54,911 nucleotides of DNA from Basidiobolus ranarum (GCA_040143965.1 JASJQH010000012.1:1-54911), one strand, 5' to 3'; positions 11,261 through 29,133 are shown, counted from the first letter of the stretch. The notes: generated from the sequence alone by a model not told the origin. Made by a program: numbers and translations.

Positions 11261-13853
11261 TTAATAACAATATTTACTAGGGCTGATAGCATTTGTAGTC
11301 AGAAAGTTCCTAGTGCGATCATCACGATTTAGCGTTTGCATGAAATGCTTGATAATGTTGCAAATTTCAGCTAATAAAGTAAAGATCAGTCAATGTTGGT
11401 CAACAGAAAAATGCTCATGGATTTCTTTACTTGTTTCTTCAACTGTATCTCCAATAAATATATAGGTTTTAGAATCACCAAGACCTCGATCGATCACTAA
11501 CTTAAATTTGCGACGATTTTTACTGCTTTGCTTGCATATCAGTATATCTCGAATCTTGTAGTTGGCCTAGATTGAAAGTGTATCACTATTAGCACGTCCA
11601 TGATAGTACCCTTGTTTTGAAACTAACCGTTTTAACGGAATCAAAGCGGCCCCGATTTTCAGAAGGAAGGATGTGAATATATTCTCCAATGATATCCAGA
11701 ATGCGTTCATGAAGTCCCAACAAACGTGTCTTACGATTAACTTTAAAGCTCTATTTTCCGGATTGTTTAAGGGTTAAATTGAATTCTACAAGATTAGTGA
11801 AACAATAGAACGTACTTTGTAAAACCGAGAGCTATCCATGCTCTCAGGGATAATAGACCTAGACAAGGAATATGGTTTATCTCCTCTACGATTGATATCT
11901 CCAGTGGGCTTTAGGGACATTGCACTGACTAAAAAGATGTAATATATATTAAATCAATGTCCACTACAAAATTTATATGGAAATAACATACCGCCCAGTG
12001 CAGAGCCTTTGTTGAGTAATACCAACTCGGAAACCTTTTGGTAATCATTCACAGTTTTATCCAAAGGAATCTCTGTTGTAGTGTCGGCGATGATAAGAAT
12101 ATAATCGTCTTTATCCAATCTCCATTTACGACAAACTTGAGAACGAATATCCATGAACGTAGTTCGTACTGGAATGATAATAGTAGTGCTCAGCGTGGTA
12201 CTTGTGGGTGAAAAGAAATATACTTTTAAGCGATGGAAAGATGGAGGGGGTGGAGCAGGAGGAACATGTGTAGAATCGACCTTGATTCCCCCACTTTGTT
12301 CAGAAGTATTAGGATGGGCCTGTGATGATGATGCCGCTATAGGTATAGGTGTAGCGGAGGGACGGCGGATGTTTTGGGCTGATGGTACCTTGCGGAGCAT
12401 TTCTCGACTAGGTTTCTTGAGACGTAATCTTTCATTGACTTTGACTAAAGCGAAAAAGAGTATAACATTATGTAACAGTTATTTAAGATGTAATGTAAAA
12501 TTGCACATACCTTGTGCCGGTGTTGCTTCACAGATGGCAAACTGATCAAAGAAGAACTTGGAAATTTGTCTTGTTCGGTCCAAAGCTAGAGAGATTGGAG
12601 TAATTATTATGATCCCTCTCCTATAAATGAGAAGTGAGCATTAAATACATACCAGGAAAGTCCTCATCAATAGTTCCATCATCCTCTACAATGCGCATGC
12701 TCCAGTGCACTACATCTGAAAGTTTCTCATCTAGTAAAGGCTTACGCCCTTCTTCGCAAAAACGATGTAGCGTGTACCCAATAACTTGCTCAACGGTAGC
12801 ATCCCTTTTAACTACAATCTCAAGTGGCCGCATAGGCTCTTCAGAATGAGGTAGGAATATTTTGATAGTCATGACGTTTGGCTCTCCTATACCCGACTGG
12901 AAGCAAGGAAATATTTAAATATTGATATTTGATGATTAACTGAAAACATGAGTCCCTTACAACTGAACTAAATTCGGCAGAGAATGGATTTTCGACAGCA
13001 CTTTCACCTTTTCCTTGTATTAAAGCGGACAAAGCTGATACATTTTTCTTTGATCCAAAAGGATTTGGAAATTCGTGCTTTTGATCGGTGTCAAGTGTGG
13101 ATTTCGGAGGAGGAGAACCACCAGCTGCGGGAATATACGCGTGAGGAAGTAAGAGTTCAGCTCCACTATTGGTAGCAGCACCTGGATTCATTTCAAAACC
13201 AAGCATTTTTCCAGCAAAGTTTTGAACCGGAATTTTAAGATTGTTTTGTTCTAATTAAAAAAAGTACGTCAATATTGCCAAACATTTAAAGAATATCAAG
13301 TGAAGAAGAGTACCGGGTGCTTTACTAGAAGAGTTTGTTACTACTACCGGATTCGGTTTAGATTTTTCGAATAGTATAGGTTCACTCCTAAATAATTAGG
13401 CAGAGAATTTTTTGAAGTTATAAATGCCATTGATGATAACATGACTTTAAAAACAGAACCATACAATGCTGGAATTTCATCTTCATCTTCCATATCAAAA
13501 TCATCTTCACTATCATTGACATTATTTTCACTGGAAATTTCTTGTGCGACAGCGGTTGTGGTTGGTTGAGCCCAGCGTTGACGATTTAATGGTTTGATAC
13601 GCTGAGAGGCTAAGGGTAGTAAGGTAGAACTAGAAGGCTTATTAAAAGCGATGCGATCTCGTTGATAAGGGATGTCCGGTGAGTAACAGAAGTCCATTTC
13701 TGGATAGTTGGGACCTGCAGTTTTGATGTAGGCATTGCCGTACACAGTGTCTGCATCGAAAGTTATAACTCTTTCTGCAGTTCGATCGTGGAGCCGTAGA
13801 AAGCTAACGCGCAGCTGATGTATAATGTACTCATCATCAGCAATCAGAGACAT
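11261..13853 (-). CDS. SIN1: TORC2 subunit Sin1/Avo1 (multi-exon)
   Basis: N-terminus MSLIADDEYIIHQLRVSFL; CRIM domain (SALSALI...NPF; IKIFLPHSEEPMRPLEIVVKRDATVEQVIGYTL; RIVEDDGTIDEDFPALDR); an RBD-like segment; and a C-terminal PH domain (ERILDIIGEYIHILPS). Confidence 0.9.
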
Positions 13854-14419
13854 GAAAGATATTGTGATGTTAAAGAAACAAGGAGATATTTAAAAATTGT
13901 TCTGAAGGTGGACTAGAATTGGCTTTGAATCGATAAAACAGGCTAAGTTTAGCATACAAGAAGAATGATAAATATTATTTGGAACATACCAACAAAATAA
14001 TATCCTTAAAAGTTAGTCAAAGCAAAGCACATCTAAACCCAAACCAACGCTAGTGTTGGTACTGTATATAATTGATGGGAACAAAAGTTTTATCTGTGTA
14101 GCTTGCGAAGGTGTACAAGTATGTTCTGTCCGTTGACAACTTCAAGCATAAAGCGTAGCTTTAAAAATTAACCGCTATCTAGTGACTAGACCCTTGAATT
14201 GATGGTCTTATGATAAACTAAATTGCGAGGAACCTGTGATAATATATGATTAACTACTTCATAATCCGCCATTGATTCAAGAAATTATTATGTAAAATGG
14301 TACTAGGCATATCCAGTTTTCTCGGAAATTACCCAGATTACTAAGCCCCTTAAAACCTCTTTTAGTTCTTTTATAACAACCTTTGCTTACACTTTAGCTA
14401 ACCTTTCTTTTCGTAAGCC

Positions 14420-15698
<1,279 letters not shown>

Positions 15699-16181
15699 CC
15701 TTGTAACTACTTTACTTAGAGGAAATTAAAAGCAGAAAGCAGCAACACCTTGGGATTAAGTGAGGATATTTAGTGTAGCCCCAGATACCCTTTGTAAATC
15801 ACTTTCTAATATTCAAAGAATTATCTCATTCCAAATTAATCTTTGTATCAACCTCAAAAGACATAATTGAACTATGATGTAACATGTAAACAATGACGAA
15901 CCCAATTCAACTGCGTACAATTTATGCTTTAAATGACAATGCATGGAATTTTTGAATGATGCAACTGACGAAGTAAATTTATAGTATTGGGGCTGAGAAC
16001 AAGTCAAAAAGTATGGTGTGAAGACAGATTTTATGAAGATTTTGAAATGGCTCCAACATGTTGACTATACAAAAGAACCAGAATAACAAGGTGAAAAAGT
16101 AAATGCCTACTACTTCCTAGTAGCAAGGGGATGGTAAGAAATATTATTACATTCAATCTAACAACTAGTATTTTTCGTTAC

Positions 16182-17477
16182 TTAATACATGTCCTGGTAC
16201 ATGTTCATCATTCTATTAGCCCTTGCTTGCTCTGCAGATTGCGTTGGGTTGGGCTGATTTGGGGCTTGTTGAGGTGGGTAAGTATAGGGAGGCTGAGGCT
16301 GTGCGTGAGGGTGTGACCCTTGTTGCTGATAGAATTGTTGTGGCTGTGGTGGCTGAGGATGCATTACCGTAGGTTGGTAACCATAAGCGGGAGGGTTTTG
16401 TTGATAATACTGCTGAGGATTGTGAGGATACTGTTGTCCATAAGCTGCTTGTTGAGGAGCTTGCATTGGAGGTTGATTATAATTGGGTTGGGGTGGGTTT
16501 TGTGGGTTGTTTCTTGGCTGACGAGGTTTACGTGCCTTTTGCTTGGCTTTTTTCTTGTGTTCCATTTCTTTCTCATCGTCTGAAAATTCCATCTCTTTAT
16601 CGTCAACCTCTTCATCGTACATATTACTGGCATCGGAGCCTTTATCTCTGATCGATCCAGGAAGAACGTAATGAGCCATGTTGGGAACACTGAATACTTT
16701 TCCCCCTTTGATGATGCGTTCTTTATCAATATCCGCATTGCTATTGAATCTTATAGAATAAAAGGGACGTGAGACGGGTCCAAAAGTCTCAAAAATCAAA
16801 CCAAGTGGCTTTCGGTCTTCGAGAACGAGCAAACTACCAGCGTCAAGATACTGAGGTTGATCAGAAATGTAAGTTTCTACTATGACTAGATTGTCAATCA
16901 TTGAGGAGACTAAACCGAGTGGAATAATAGTTGCATTTTCTGGAATTTCAACCTGAATCTCTGGAACTGGTGGTGGATCCAGTTCGTGTCGGGTACGAAG
17001 TCCAGTAGCAGAAACTGATACTCCAGATTCTTCATCAGAGTCGAAGTCTACCATGGGGGCTTTTTTCTTTGGTTCATCATCAGAGCTATCGTCACTATCA
17101 GAACTATCACTTTCCAGATCACTAGATTCATAATCACTTGGAACGGGAGGGGCAAGTTCTTGAGCTGTAGATTCAGTCATTTCTTTATCCGCTACAGGAG
17201 TATCGGTACATGCCTCAATGGAGTTATTTGAATCAACACCAACTGGTTGATTCTCAGTATCCATAAGATCGCTGGTAACAGGGTTAATTTGATCGTTTTG
17301 GACTTCAGCAACCATAATTTCTTGCGCATTTGTAGAGGCAACCTCCATTGTTTCTTGTTCAGAAGGAAGGACAGCCGACTGCACGGATGCAGTTGGTAAA
17401 GAAATATTTTCTGCATCTACTTGAATTGCTGAAGTATCAGCAGGTTTATGCTCAACATGGTCAATTGTTTGGTCCAT
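16182..17477 (-). CDS. NAF1: H/ACA RNP assembly factor Naf1
   Basis: Gar1/Naf1 domain LDAGSLLVLEDRKPLGLIFETFGPVSRPFYSIRF and KGSDASNMYDEEV...EFSDDEKE. Acidic N-terminus and Q/P/Y-rich C-terminus; intronless. Confidence 0.93.
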   Translation of the reverse strand: MDQTIDHVEHKPADTSAIQVDAENISLPTASVQSAVLPSEQETMEVASTNAQEIMVAEVQNDQINPVTSDLMDTENQPVGVDSNNSIEACTDTPVADKEMTESTAQELAPPVPSDYESSDLESDSSDSDDSSDDEPKKKAPMVDFDSDEESGVSVSATGLRTRHELDPPPVPEIQVEIPENATIIPLGLVSSMIDNLVIVETYISDQPQYLDAGSLLVLEDRKPLGLIFETFGPVSRPFYSIRFNSNADIDKERIIKGGKVFSVPNMAHYVLPGSIRDKGSDASNMYDEEVDDKEMEFSDDEKEMEHKKKAKQKARKPRQPRNNPQNPPQPNYNQPPMQAPQQAAYGQQYPHNPQQYYQQNPPAYGYQPTVMHPQPPQPQQFYQQQGSHPHAQPQPPYTYPPQQAPNQPNPTQSAEQARANRMMNMYQDMY

Positions 17478-17724
17478 TTTGAGGAAAAGGTGAAAGTGGT
17501 TATGAATAACATTAGTGATGCTGTATATACTTTTTCAATGTTTTTTTTCATTTTTCAGACTGCTAATTTTGTATTGTTCATATGGACGATGAAGTTGATT
17601 GGATTAGAGGATAAAGTTAAAATATTTAATTTATATATATGCTTGATATCATAATTTTTTTTCTAATCTACAAACAAAATATTTGAACATTTGGTGTAAT
17701 CTCTATGTGCCAACAACCATATTG

Positions 17725-20906
<3,182 letters not shown>

Positions 20907-21089
20907 TTGCTACTACTAGCATAACCAAACTTGTGGACTTAAGCTATACACAATTTATTAGTCTAAAATTTATAGATCACAAAAATAAATGTTAAAAATT
21001 GGCCAATGTATTTTACTGACTATCATCACGTGTAATTCATAAAACCACTTCTCGCAAACACATCAAGATACTTCAGTTATTCTTGTACC

Positions 21090-23502
21090 ATGATAAACAA
21101 CAGTACATTACAATATGAAACGGCAGAAGTGTTGCCGTTACCTAACGAGAAGGAATTTTTTGCTGTAGAATATCCAGGATATGTTAAAAATATAGATAAA
21201 GTATTAAATACACTTGGTGGACAACATGGTTTACAGAGGGTACGCTTTGAACATATTAAAGAAATTTCCAATCGGTCCTTTATTTCGCAACACTGAATTG
21301 TTCAATTATTGATCGAAATAGGCATTAAAAGAAGACTGTGGATATCTCGAGCTTCGTTATAGACCTGGAGATCATTTTTCGCATCCAATTAATGGCGATG
21401 TCATCCACACTGGCAATTTATTATTGAAAGTCACTAGACGCGTTCGACGTAGAAAAGGATTCCGTAATGCACCCAGAGAAGAAGAACAGTGTTTTTCTGT
21501 GGAAAATGAGGAAGAAAGTAACTTTAATGCTGAAATAGTAGGAGTAATTAGTAAAACTTGTCGCTTTCGAGGTAATATTTATTGGCTATCTTTTTTGCTA
21601 GCTTTACGTTAACCATATATTGTGTACTCTTAATATTAAAAGGTATGGCCGATTATCAGTACCTTCCTGACCCTGTTGACCCCATTGCACAATTTAGAAA
21701 TTCTTTGCAATCTCTTGACGGTATTTTCATCACCATATGTAGATTTATATTATGAATCTTCTACTAAGTTATTTGTCATTTAGTTGAAAAAATATGCAAA
21801 TTTCCTGTAAATGTTGATTGCTCTATGAGCAAAACCCCTAACTTACCTCCTCCGTCCTTCTCTAGAATAGAATGCCCTATGGATTATGGGTATATTATGT
21901 TTCAATTTGTTTTGATCGCTACCGCCTATGTTAATTGAATACACATACCCTTAGATACCGTCAGAATACTTCTGTTGTTAAAGTATTGGTCCAAAAGAAT
22001 GAGGATGAGGTAAGTTCAAGAATAAGTATGACTTGTGCACCAATCTCTTGACCCTTCGTGCATTTCTTTAGCCACCTATAGTCAAACTCATTAATCGCCG
22101 ACGCCGACGCAAGTTTGTTGCCTACTCGATTGACTTTGAAGCCAAATCTGTTCCAAATCATCCTCCAGAGGACGCAGTTAAGTTCTCCTCGCAAATACCT
22201 CAAGAAAGCATTGAAAACATCCAAGCAGTACTGTCATTACTTATTATACTGTACACTTACATTATCACAATGAATTCATTCTTTCTGTTTGAACCAGCTT
22301 TTTGACAGACGTCCCATGTGGACCCGGTCTGCTTTGCAAAATAATTTACCAGCAAACGACAGAAAAATCATCAAAAGGTAAGCATCTGAATTGCCGTTTT
22401 GTCAGATCCATTTCTTACCATTACTTTGTTCAAGGCTTTTACCATTTGCTGCATATTGGATGTCGAGTGGACCTTGGAGAGATTGCTGGATAAAATATGG
22501 CTATGACCCACGTCAACATGTTGATGCTCGATTGTAAGTATCAATTGATTCTCAATGATAGCCTTCTGTTTACAAAATTCTTACCACGTTCAATGTAGCT
22601 ATCAGCTTTTAGACATTAGATACACTGCACGCCCTCGCCAACTAGGCCGGGCCAAGCGATTATTACGTGCGAAGTATGATACATTGAATCAGGACATCCT
22701 CGATCAACAAAACCCCGATAATATCATGCAAGAAGACCAAGACTCTGGCGAGCAGGCCTCTGGGTATCTTTACTCGCTTACCTTGGTCTGCAACTCTCGG
22801 TAACTAACCATGTTTACTTCACAGAGTCAATCCAGATAGGTCACACATTTTTGATGGAAAGAACAAGCAAAGGGAAGTAGCCGTATATCAAATGTGTGAT
22901 ATTTCTTATCCACGAATCAAGAAGTTGGTTGAAAGTAAAGAAGGACTTCGTAAACTCTGTGATGTATGTTGAAAATATACTTTCCTTCAAGTCACCAGAT
23001 CTTTATCTCATATATGGCTTATTCGATTAATAGGAAAAAGATGGATGGTTTAGCAAGCAGTTAATGGACTTCATGAGGAAATCTTTGCGTCGGAAAATTG
23101 CATCTTTAGCAAGAGGAGAGGAAACAGACCCAGAAGAAGACGTACCTTTGCAGCTGGATGGAAATGAAGAGGCTGCTGAAAATGGATCTGACAGTGGTGG
23201 TGAAGTGGATAAAACGATCTCTTCCAAGGTACAGAGGGTCACCTCGATTCTTTCTCCAACTCTGCTAACTATATTTATAAATAGGTTGATCAGTTAATGA
23301 GAAATCTTCAACTTGCCCAACTGGGAACCCAGGACCATGACGGTAAGTGGGGTGTTTATTTCTCACTTGTTCTGGCAAATTATTTACCGTTCTCTTTGTA
23401 GACGAATTTGAGCAAGAAGTGGGTTTGTACCAATTAGACGACATGGATGAGTATGAAAATGTTTTTGGAGATGACGAGGATGTCGAGTCTGAATCTGACT
23501 GA
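21090..23502 (+). CDS. TFC1: TFIIIC subunit tau95/Tfc1 (GTF3C5) (multi-exon)
   Basis: VEYPGYVKNIDKVLNTLGG; LELRYRPGDHFSHPING; TCRFR|GMADYQY; LFDRRPMWTR; AYWMSSGPWRDCWIKYGYDPR; acidic C-terminus. Confidence 0.9.
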
Positions 23503-23671
23503 TGGTAGCTGTATGAATGGTATAAGACTGACTGGAACTTATTTATTCTAATATGAATCTCAACTAAATTGAACAATAATAGAATACAATGAAGATAGAC
23601 TTGCAATAACTATTGATGTGTACAGTCTATCATGCGTGTATCGATGTATAATCACATTTCGCAATCTCTCA

Positions 23672-24085
23672 TCACAATAAAACTCCAACCGTTATTATAG
23701 TAACCAGTAGGACAGTCGTAATGTAAGTATTGACAACACCATTGTTAGTTTTTTCCGGAGCTGAAGTAGCTGTAGTAGCACTGCTATAACTTTGACTATC
23801 ACAGCACCCAGCTTTCTCGCGACATACTCCAAATTCCGTACAAGTGGTATTTTGGCAAGAACAACATACTTGATTTTGATAAAGTTGATAAAAGCTTGAC
23901 ACTCCGCCACAAATGCGGTCACAAGTTGTTAAATTTAAATAGTCGGAAAGGTTTTTAAACACGGCGTTGTGTTGTTGAATGTCTTGCTGTAAAATGGGAC
24001 ATAAACTTGAGTTTGAGGGTATTGCATTTTGACCTATTACGAAAGAAAAATAAGTCGCAAGAAATAATAGCTTAAAGGAATTCAT
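23672..24085 (-). CDS. Small Cys-rich secreted, probably GPI-anchored protein (137 aa)
   Basis: Signal-peptide-like MNSFKLLFLATYFSFVIG, 10 Cys including two CC pairs, an S/T linker, NNG as a candidate omega site, and a hydrophobic C-terminus. Confidence 0.75.
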   Translation of the reverse strand: MNSFKLLFLATYFSFVIGQNAIPSNSSLCPILQQDIQQHNAVFKNLSDYLNLTTCDRICGGVSSFYQLYQNQVCCSCQNTTCTEFGVCREKAGCCDSQSYSSATTATSAPEKTNNGVVNTYITTVLLVTIITVGVLL

Positions 24086-24782
24086 TTTGGCTTCCAACTG
24101 TTGTGAAAAAGGAATTGTTGTACCATTTTATGGATGCTGGATGATATAGCAGCGGCTATGCTTCTCATACATTAATTGGGTAACCGACTTCCTAATGTAA
24201 TTGTTACCCATACACCCGTACAGTTACCACACAAATCAACAAAAACTTTACCAATCAAACTCAGAGTCACATTTATTAGCATCTTACGCTTATATCCATT
24301 GACTTAGCCCCAGAGGCTGACTATTAAGGATAGCTTTACTCATTTAATAATAAATATTGACTGCCCTCTTCTCTCCTGCTGACTCTTCGATGCCTATGGG
24401 CTGAGCGATGTGCATATCTATCGGATTTGATTTCTAGAGTACATTTAAACATTATCCAACACAATTTCACTATTTTATGTTAAATCGCGCTAAACAAAAT
24501 CAACATTGAACACAAAGGCTGGGGTAAAATTGCGGGGATATTTTTTTGTGATAGATGGATTAATGGAAAGTTTCTGGGGAAGCTGGATTTCAATTAGGTT
24601 TCATCAAAACCATTTTCTTGTCTCCCGTCCTGGCTAGCTCACCGTCTTTCGGAACGTGGCCGTTATAGTTGAATACGCCCAAGAAGCCCTCATACTCGGT
24701 GCTTGAACACAATCACTATATTTGCCAACCCAGCTTAATTTTAAAGAGACAATCCCGTACCCATCAAATCATTTAAGTAACC

Positions 24783-26352
24783 ATGTCTTCCGCAAGACTC
24801 CTTTCCCGTTGTTTCAATACTACCAAAAGTTTTTCTTCTAGCTGGAGAAATTCAGTATTTCGTGCCGCTGCTCCCAAATGGGGTGTAAGCAGAAGCATGG
24901 CTACTGAAGCTTCCCAGCTCAGCACTGCTACTCAAGAACGTAGAAGAAAGTATGGAGCTCCCTATACCCCTCATTCTCAAACATTGGCTTCTGTTGATGA
25001 GCAAGAGCAACCTGACGAGATGATTTCTCTCGGTGAAGGTAATTATCTCTTCATATTCTATATGGTGCATTTATAAGCACAGAATTCGTTTCGATATTGA
25101 TGTAATCACCGAGTCTAACTTTTTTATTTCATTTTCCCTGGTTCATTCTTACTTTTAAGAGTCATCTGCTTCACCTGATGAGATCAAAACTCGTAACATG
25201 ACCGTCAACTTCGGTCCTCAGCATCCAGCTGCTCACGGTGTGTTGCGTCTTATTTTAGAACTTCAAGGTGAAGTTATTGAACGTGCTGATCCTCATATTG
25301 GTCTTCTTCATCGTGGTACTGAAAAGCTTATTGAGTACAAGACATATCTTCAAGCTTTGCCCTATTTCGATCGTTTAGATTATTGTTCTATGATGTGCAA
25401 TGAGCAGTGTTATTCACTTGCCGTTGAGAAGCTTCTCAATATCGAAGTCCCTGAACGTGCAAAGTATATTCGTACTTTGTTTGGTGAAATTACACGTATT
25501 ATCAATCATCAGATGTCCATTTATACACACACGATGGATGTTGGTGCTTTGACTCCTTTCTTGTGGATGTTTGAAGAGCGTGAAAAGCTCATGGAGTTCT
25601 ACGAACGTGTTTCTGGAGCCCGTATGCATGCTGCTTATGTTCGTCCCGGTGGTGTTGCCTATGATCTTCCTTTGGGATTAATGGACGACATTTACGATTG
25701 GGCCACTCGTTATAGCTCGCGCATCGATGAAACCGAAGAAGCTTTGACCGGTAATCGTATTTGGATGAACCGTACCATTGGTATTGGTAAGGTAACTTAT
25801 CAACAAGCTCTTGACTGGTCCTTCTCTGGTGTCATGCTTCGTGGTTCTGGTATCCAATGGGATTTACGTAAACTTTCTCCATACGATGCCTATGACAAAG
25901 TTGAGTTTGATGTTCCCATTGGTGTAAATGGAGATTGCTACGATCGTTTCATTTGCCGTGTAGAAGAGATGCGTCAATCTCTCCGTATCATCATCCAGTG
26001 CTTAAACCAAATGCCTGCTGGACCTGTTAAGGTTGAGGATGCCAAAATCGCCCCTCCCTCCCGTGGTGACATGAAAGAATCCATGGAAAGTTTAATCCAT
26101 CACTTCAAATTGTACTCTGAAGGCTACGCTGTTCCTGCTGGCGAAACCTACACTGCCATTGAAGCACCTAAGGGTGAGTTCGGTGTATACTTGGTCTCTG
26201 ATGGATCCAGTCGCCCTTATAGATGTAAGATCAAGGCCCCAGGCTTCTCTCACTTGGCTGGCTCTGACTTCATGGCCCGTGGTCATATGATTGCTGATAT
26301 GGTCACTATTATTGGTACATGCGATGTCGTATTCGGTGAAGTCGATCGTTAA
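24783..26352 (+). CDS. NDUFS2: Complex I 49-kDa subunit (NDUFS2/NuoD) with mitochondrial presequence (intron 25039-25159)
   Basis: [29 protein letters not shown]-terminal DVVFGEVDR; Arg/Ser-rich N-terminus in exon 1 splices in frame. Confidence 0.97.
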
Positions 26353-26532
26353 TTCCTGTTATAACCCTATTTCTTTCATATCGAATTCAGCTTTGAACCC
26401 TTCATACACCACCTATCATTCTAAGTAACATAAACATCTTTTCATCAGGATTCCATTTATCTTGTCTCTACTGAAAATAAATTATATCACAATAAGCTCG
26501 TTTATTTACTAGAATGGACACATATATTATCT

Positions 26533-28422
26533 TTAAAAATCGAATTCTCCTCGGAAGGATTGAAGATCTCGTGAATCGCATCTAGCTGCCAGGTCAGGCC
26601 TGTTAATCATGTATAAAGTCATACGAAGTGTGTCCCAAACGTTACTAGACATGCCAACATCTCCGGATTGGGGCAGCTTGCCTTTGCCAGTGTCATCACC
26701 GCTTTGCAATGCCAAGGCTTGCAGCAGATGCTCGGCAGCTTCGCGGTGTTGACCCAAATTGATACAACTAACGGCCAAATTATATCTAGCACGGATGTAC
26801 GAGGGGTTGATCTCAAGGGCATTGAAGTAGGCATCAATGGCGCGGGCGGGGTCATTGGAATTGGCTAGAGTAGCACCCAGTTTATTCCATAGAAGGTAGT
26901 CATTTGGCTTAGACGCCAGGGCTGTTTGGAAGCAGTCTACCGCTTTGTCATATTCCTCAGATATGTTTAACAATACGCCTAAACCCACTTGAACATCAGG
27001 ATCAACATCCTGACTACCTTGCCTGGCGGCATCTAAGAATAAATTGGTCACTGCTGTGTGACGATCGCGGTCCATAGAGCCTTGAGTATTTATGATTTCG
27101 TGATATCGAGGATGATTACTTATCCATGATTGTAAGGCTTCATAGGCATCGTTGCGAAGACTTTCGTTGGTATATGATACTGCGAGAGCGATCCATGCCT
27201 CCAAGATTGTAGGGTCAATATCAATAGCACGTCGTAAAGCAGCAATGGCCTCTGGCTCTCTTTCATTTTCTTGTTGACGAATTCCAAGTTGATTCCAAGA
27301 AAGACCATCTTGAGGATTCAGTTGAACCTTAGCTTCGAGCATGAGGATTGAATCATTCAGATCGACAGCTTGAGAATCATCCTTTAACAATGTAGGATTA
27401 GCAAGATAGGGGTTGTTCTCTTGGAAATGATACTCATTGTACATGGGATGGTTTGCCCCAGCGCTTTGTTTGTCCCACTCGTTCTGAAGTTTACTCCATT
27501 CTTGGTCTTCATCCAAATTCTTGTATGCTTCTACCTCTTCATCAGAATCATCCCATATACTGTTGAATTCTTTTTGGCCTTCAGAATAGACGAATTCATT
27601 TGAAAGGCCCTCAGCATCGGCGTTTCCTTTAAGTTCATCAGCATGTTGAGTCTCGAATTCACCAGCCCAGGTATTGTTTTGTCCTGAGAACTCTTGTTCC
27701 CAACTTGCACCTTGTTTAGCCTCCTCAAAAGCCCGATCAAATTCAGCAGTTTCACTTGGCAACAGGTTGACATTTTCTTGTTCGTAACGAGCGAATTCGT
27801 CTTCCCAACCAGCTAACAAAAATCAATTGAGTTTTTTTGGATTGAACTATAGTAGATATATTCATATAGTTACCTTGTATATTAGGATTCTGATGTTGTC
27901 TAAATACGTTCTCAAACTCGGCAAAGTGAGGGTCAACACCACCTGATTGTAGTTCAGGTTGTTTCATGAAATCAGCAGTCCAGTCACCATGCATTGGTCC
28001 TCCAGGCATACCCTGAATATGGTCTAGTTCATGACCAAGTTGGTCGAAATTATACATATCCTCTACCATCACCCCTCCTTCAGCCAAGAACTCTTCGGTA
28101 AAGTTTCGTTCCATTACACCGGGACCAGCAGCTCCTCTGAAAGCCTAGTAAATAGAAATATTAAGTTTAAATAAATGAAACTATGGATTTATTCAATTTT
28201 ACTTACGCCACGACTAGAAGAGGCACTCATATCTTGAGAGAATCGGTCCTAGAAGAGTAAAAACATTCATTGAATATGGAGAATAAAAGGGTAGTAACTT
28301 TCAATAGTTCTTATTACCTGTTGTAGAGAGCGATCTTGCCCAAAACGTTTCATTAGACCATTCACTGGATTACCACTGGAGCAGTCAGCGCCCCCGCCAA
28401 CCATATCTTGAAAAGCGGACAT
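26533..28422 (-). CDS. PEX5: PTS1 receptor Pex5 (4 exons)
   Basis: N-terminus MSAFQDMVGGGADCSSGNP with the conserved Cys; WxxxF motifs WTADF, WEDEF, WEQEF, WAGEF; TPR region (LWNKLGATLANS, YIRARYNLAVSCINLG); ends FRGEFDF. Confidence 0.95.
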
Positions 28423-29133
28423 TATATGTGTAATTTATGAAAGGGAATTCTATTCAAGAATATCGAGACGATAAAATAATATTGTAAAGTTGAGAATGAG
28501 CGATATCAAATTTCAAAGAACACTGAAGAGAAAACTCAACAACTTGGAGGTTTAGAAGATAGTAGAAATATAAAGTCTCTGCAGGTCGCAGTATTTACTT
28601 CCACAAGTGTTCAAGCAATTAAGCTAAGGGAGTAAGAGGGTTCACTTTAGTCACACATAATACCCTAATATGGAACAGATTATCAAGCAACTACTGAAAT
28701 CAATCTACTGATTAGTTTAGAACTCACTAAATTTTGAGGCAAAATTAGCGTCTTGTGGGTGCAGAGACGATTCTAGGGCCAGAAAATATCACACGCAAGC
28801 TCACATCTAAGATATCATTGTAACTCAATGATGGGCTTCGTCTACACTAGAAATCCATCTATTTATGAGAGTTTGTGGGAAATGGAAATCACTGAACATC
28901 AGCATCGTATTGAATTATTTAATCGAAAAAGTTCGAAAAAGAATGACTGGTAAGTGTTAGGTAGAAAGATAGGAAACAATTAACACCAGCGGTCGGTGTG
29001 CTAGCCAGATCAAATGGCGCATTAAATGACCCATTAAATAGAGACATCAACAAGAGCGTATGTGGAAATCTTACAATGTAGGCACCTTTATAACTAGACA
29101 ATTTAACTAGACAGTTGCCATTTAACTGCGCTC

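Noticed and set aside
24600-24700. Short resemblances to U11 (AGGGCTTCT) and U4atac (AACCAT...TTCTTG) snRNA 5' ends, or to a tRNA
   Set aside because: Matches are only about 9 nt; no proper Sm site, cloverleaf or A/B boxes.
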